Assembly: GCF_016127575.1 (NCBI RefSeq)
Contig: NZ_CP066018.1
Location: 1,410,001-1,442,000, forward strand
From: Cupriavidus necator
GTDB taxonomy: Bacteria > Pseudomonadota > Gammaproteobacteria > Burkholderiales > Burkholderiaceae
DNA: 32,000 nt
Direction: 5' to 3'
Shown here: positions 31,508 through 32,000 of the stretch, piece after piece
Numbering within the stretch: the first letter of the stretch is position 1
How the letters are laid out: every line of letters starts with the position of its first letter
Translations under genes and position numbers: made by a program
Notes under the pieces: generated by a model
The model's input: only the letters and a program-made list of their open reading frames with translations
Database searches by the model: none
Told to the model about the DNA's origin: nothing

Positions 31508-32000
31508 TCAGTCATCGGCCGGCGGCGTCCAGTCCAGCCGCTCCAGCAGCGCCTGCGCCGCGGCCGGCGCGCGTTCCTTGGCGCCGTTGATAAAGAAGAC
31601 AAAGACTTCGCGCTTGCGCGCGGCGGTCTTGCGGTCTTCCACCGTCGGCAGGTCGTCCGGCTGGTGGCCCTGCGCCCACGTGCGCACCCGCGCAGCCCAC
31701 GCATCCAGGTCCCTGGGCGCATAGCCGGCCTTCAGCTTCGCGCTGCTGGCCATCAGCCGTGCATAGACAAAGTCTGCCGTGAGATCCGCCATCGACGGAA
31801 ACTTGGGCGAATCGGTAAAGACCGTGGCGGCCTTGTACTTGCGCGCGAGCTTGAGGTAGTCCGGCGACTGGAAGCTGTCGTGCCGCACCTCCAGCACGTG
31901 GCGCAGCTTCACGCCTTCCACCGAATCCGGCAGCAGCTGCAGGAAGGCCTCGAAGTCCTCCGCATCGAACTGCTTGGTGGGCGCGAACTGCCACACCACC
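31508..32000 (-). CDS. DUF72 (UPF0759, YecE-like) family protein, C-terminal part; the gene continues beyond the right edge
   Basis: ...VWQFAPTKQFDAEDFEAFLQLLPDSVEGVKLRHVLEVRHDSFQSPDYLKLARKYKAATVFTD... follows the DUF72 pattern (LfQlPp.f ... a.E.RH.S.). The 'M' at 31999 in the ORF track is a GTG inside the reading frame, not the true start. Confidence 0.75.
   Translation of the reverse strand, partial: VVWQFAPTKQFDAEDFEAFLQLLPDSVEGVKLRHVLEVRHDSFQSPDYLKLARKYKAATVFTDSPKFPSMADLTADFVYARLMASSAKLKAGYAPRDLDAWAARVRTWAQGHQPDDLPTVEDRKTAARKREVFVFFINGAKERAPAAAQALLERLDWTPPADD

Noticed and set aside
1-32000. A search for mobile elements, prophage remnants, CRISPR arrays, tRNA/rRNA genes, toxin-antitoxin pairs and known defence-system hallmarks.
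   Set aside because: I found no integrase, transposase or recombinase motifs. There are no terminal inverted repeats flanking a gene block and no regularly spaced repeats. No intergenic gap is large enough for, or shaped like, a tRNA. No compositional shift is apparent by eye. The window appears to be stable chromosomal backbone.

Overview
This is a high-GC (roughly two-thirds G+C by eye) betaproteobacterial chromosome segment. Gene content and protein sequences look typical of Cupriavidus/Ralstonia (Burkholderiaceae): two Bug/TctC-family binding proteins, minCDE, a Burkholderiales-type porin, corA, dbpA, and many one-component regulators paired with transporters or enzymes.

I call 34 protein-coding genes, two of them cut by the window edges. 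They are tightly packed on both strands. Start codons for several were moved inward from the ORF-track coordinates.

I see no rRNA or tRNA, no CRISPR array, no transposase, integrase or phage genes, no toxin-antitoxin or recognisable defence module, and no compositional island. The window reads as ordinary core or metabolic-accessory chromosome, and I cannot point to a clear-cut new system.

The most unusual items are:
1. A sensor-less histidine-kinase-like protein whose ATP-binding boxes look degenerate. It is translationally coupled to an OmpR-type regulator and faces a second paralogous regulator with a weakened acidic pocket.
2. A GntR-controlled divergon: an ACS-type MFS transporter, an arylmalonate-decarboxylase/maleate-isomerase-like protein with a Gly/Cys rather than Cys/Cys active-site pattern, a catalytically intact hydantoinase-like amidohydrolase, and a hydantoin-racemase homologue that appears to lack both catalytic cysteines. 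FAH-family and M20D hydrolases lie next to it.
3. A near-consensus sigma-54 promoter in front of a lone Rieske/PaO-type oxygenase, with no enhancer-binding protein nearby.
4. Several clear operator-like repeats, a strand-asymmetric non-coding stretch between minE and the porin gene, and a small Cys-rich ORF.

All family assignments rest on motif recognition by eye. No searches were run.
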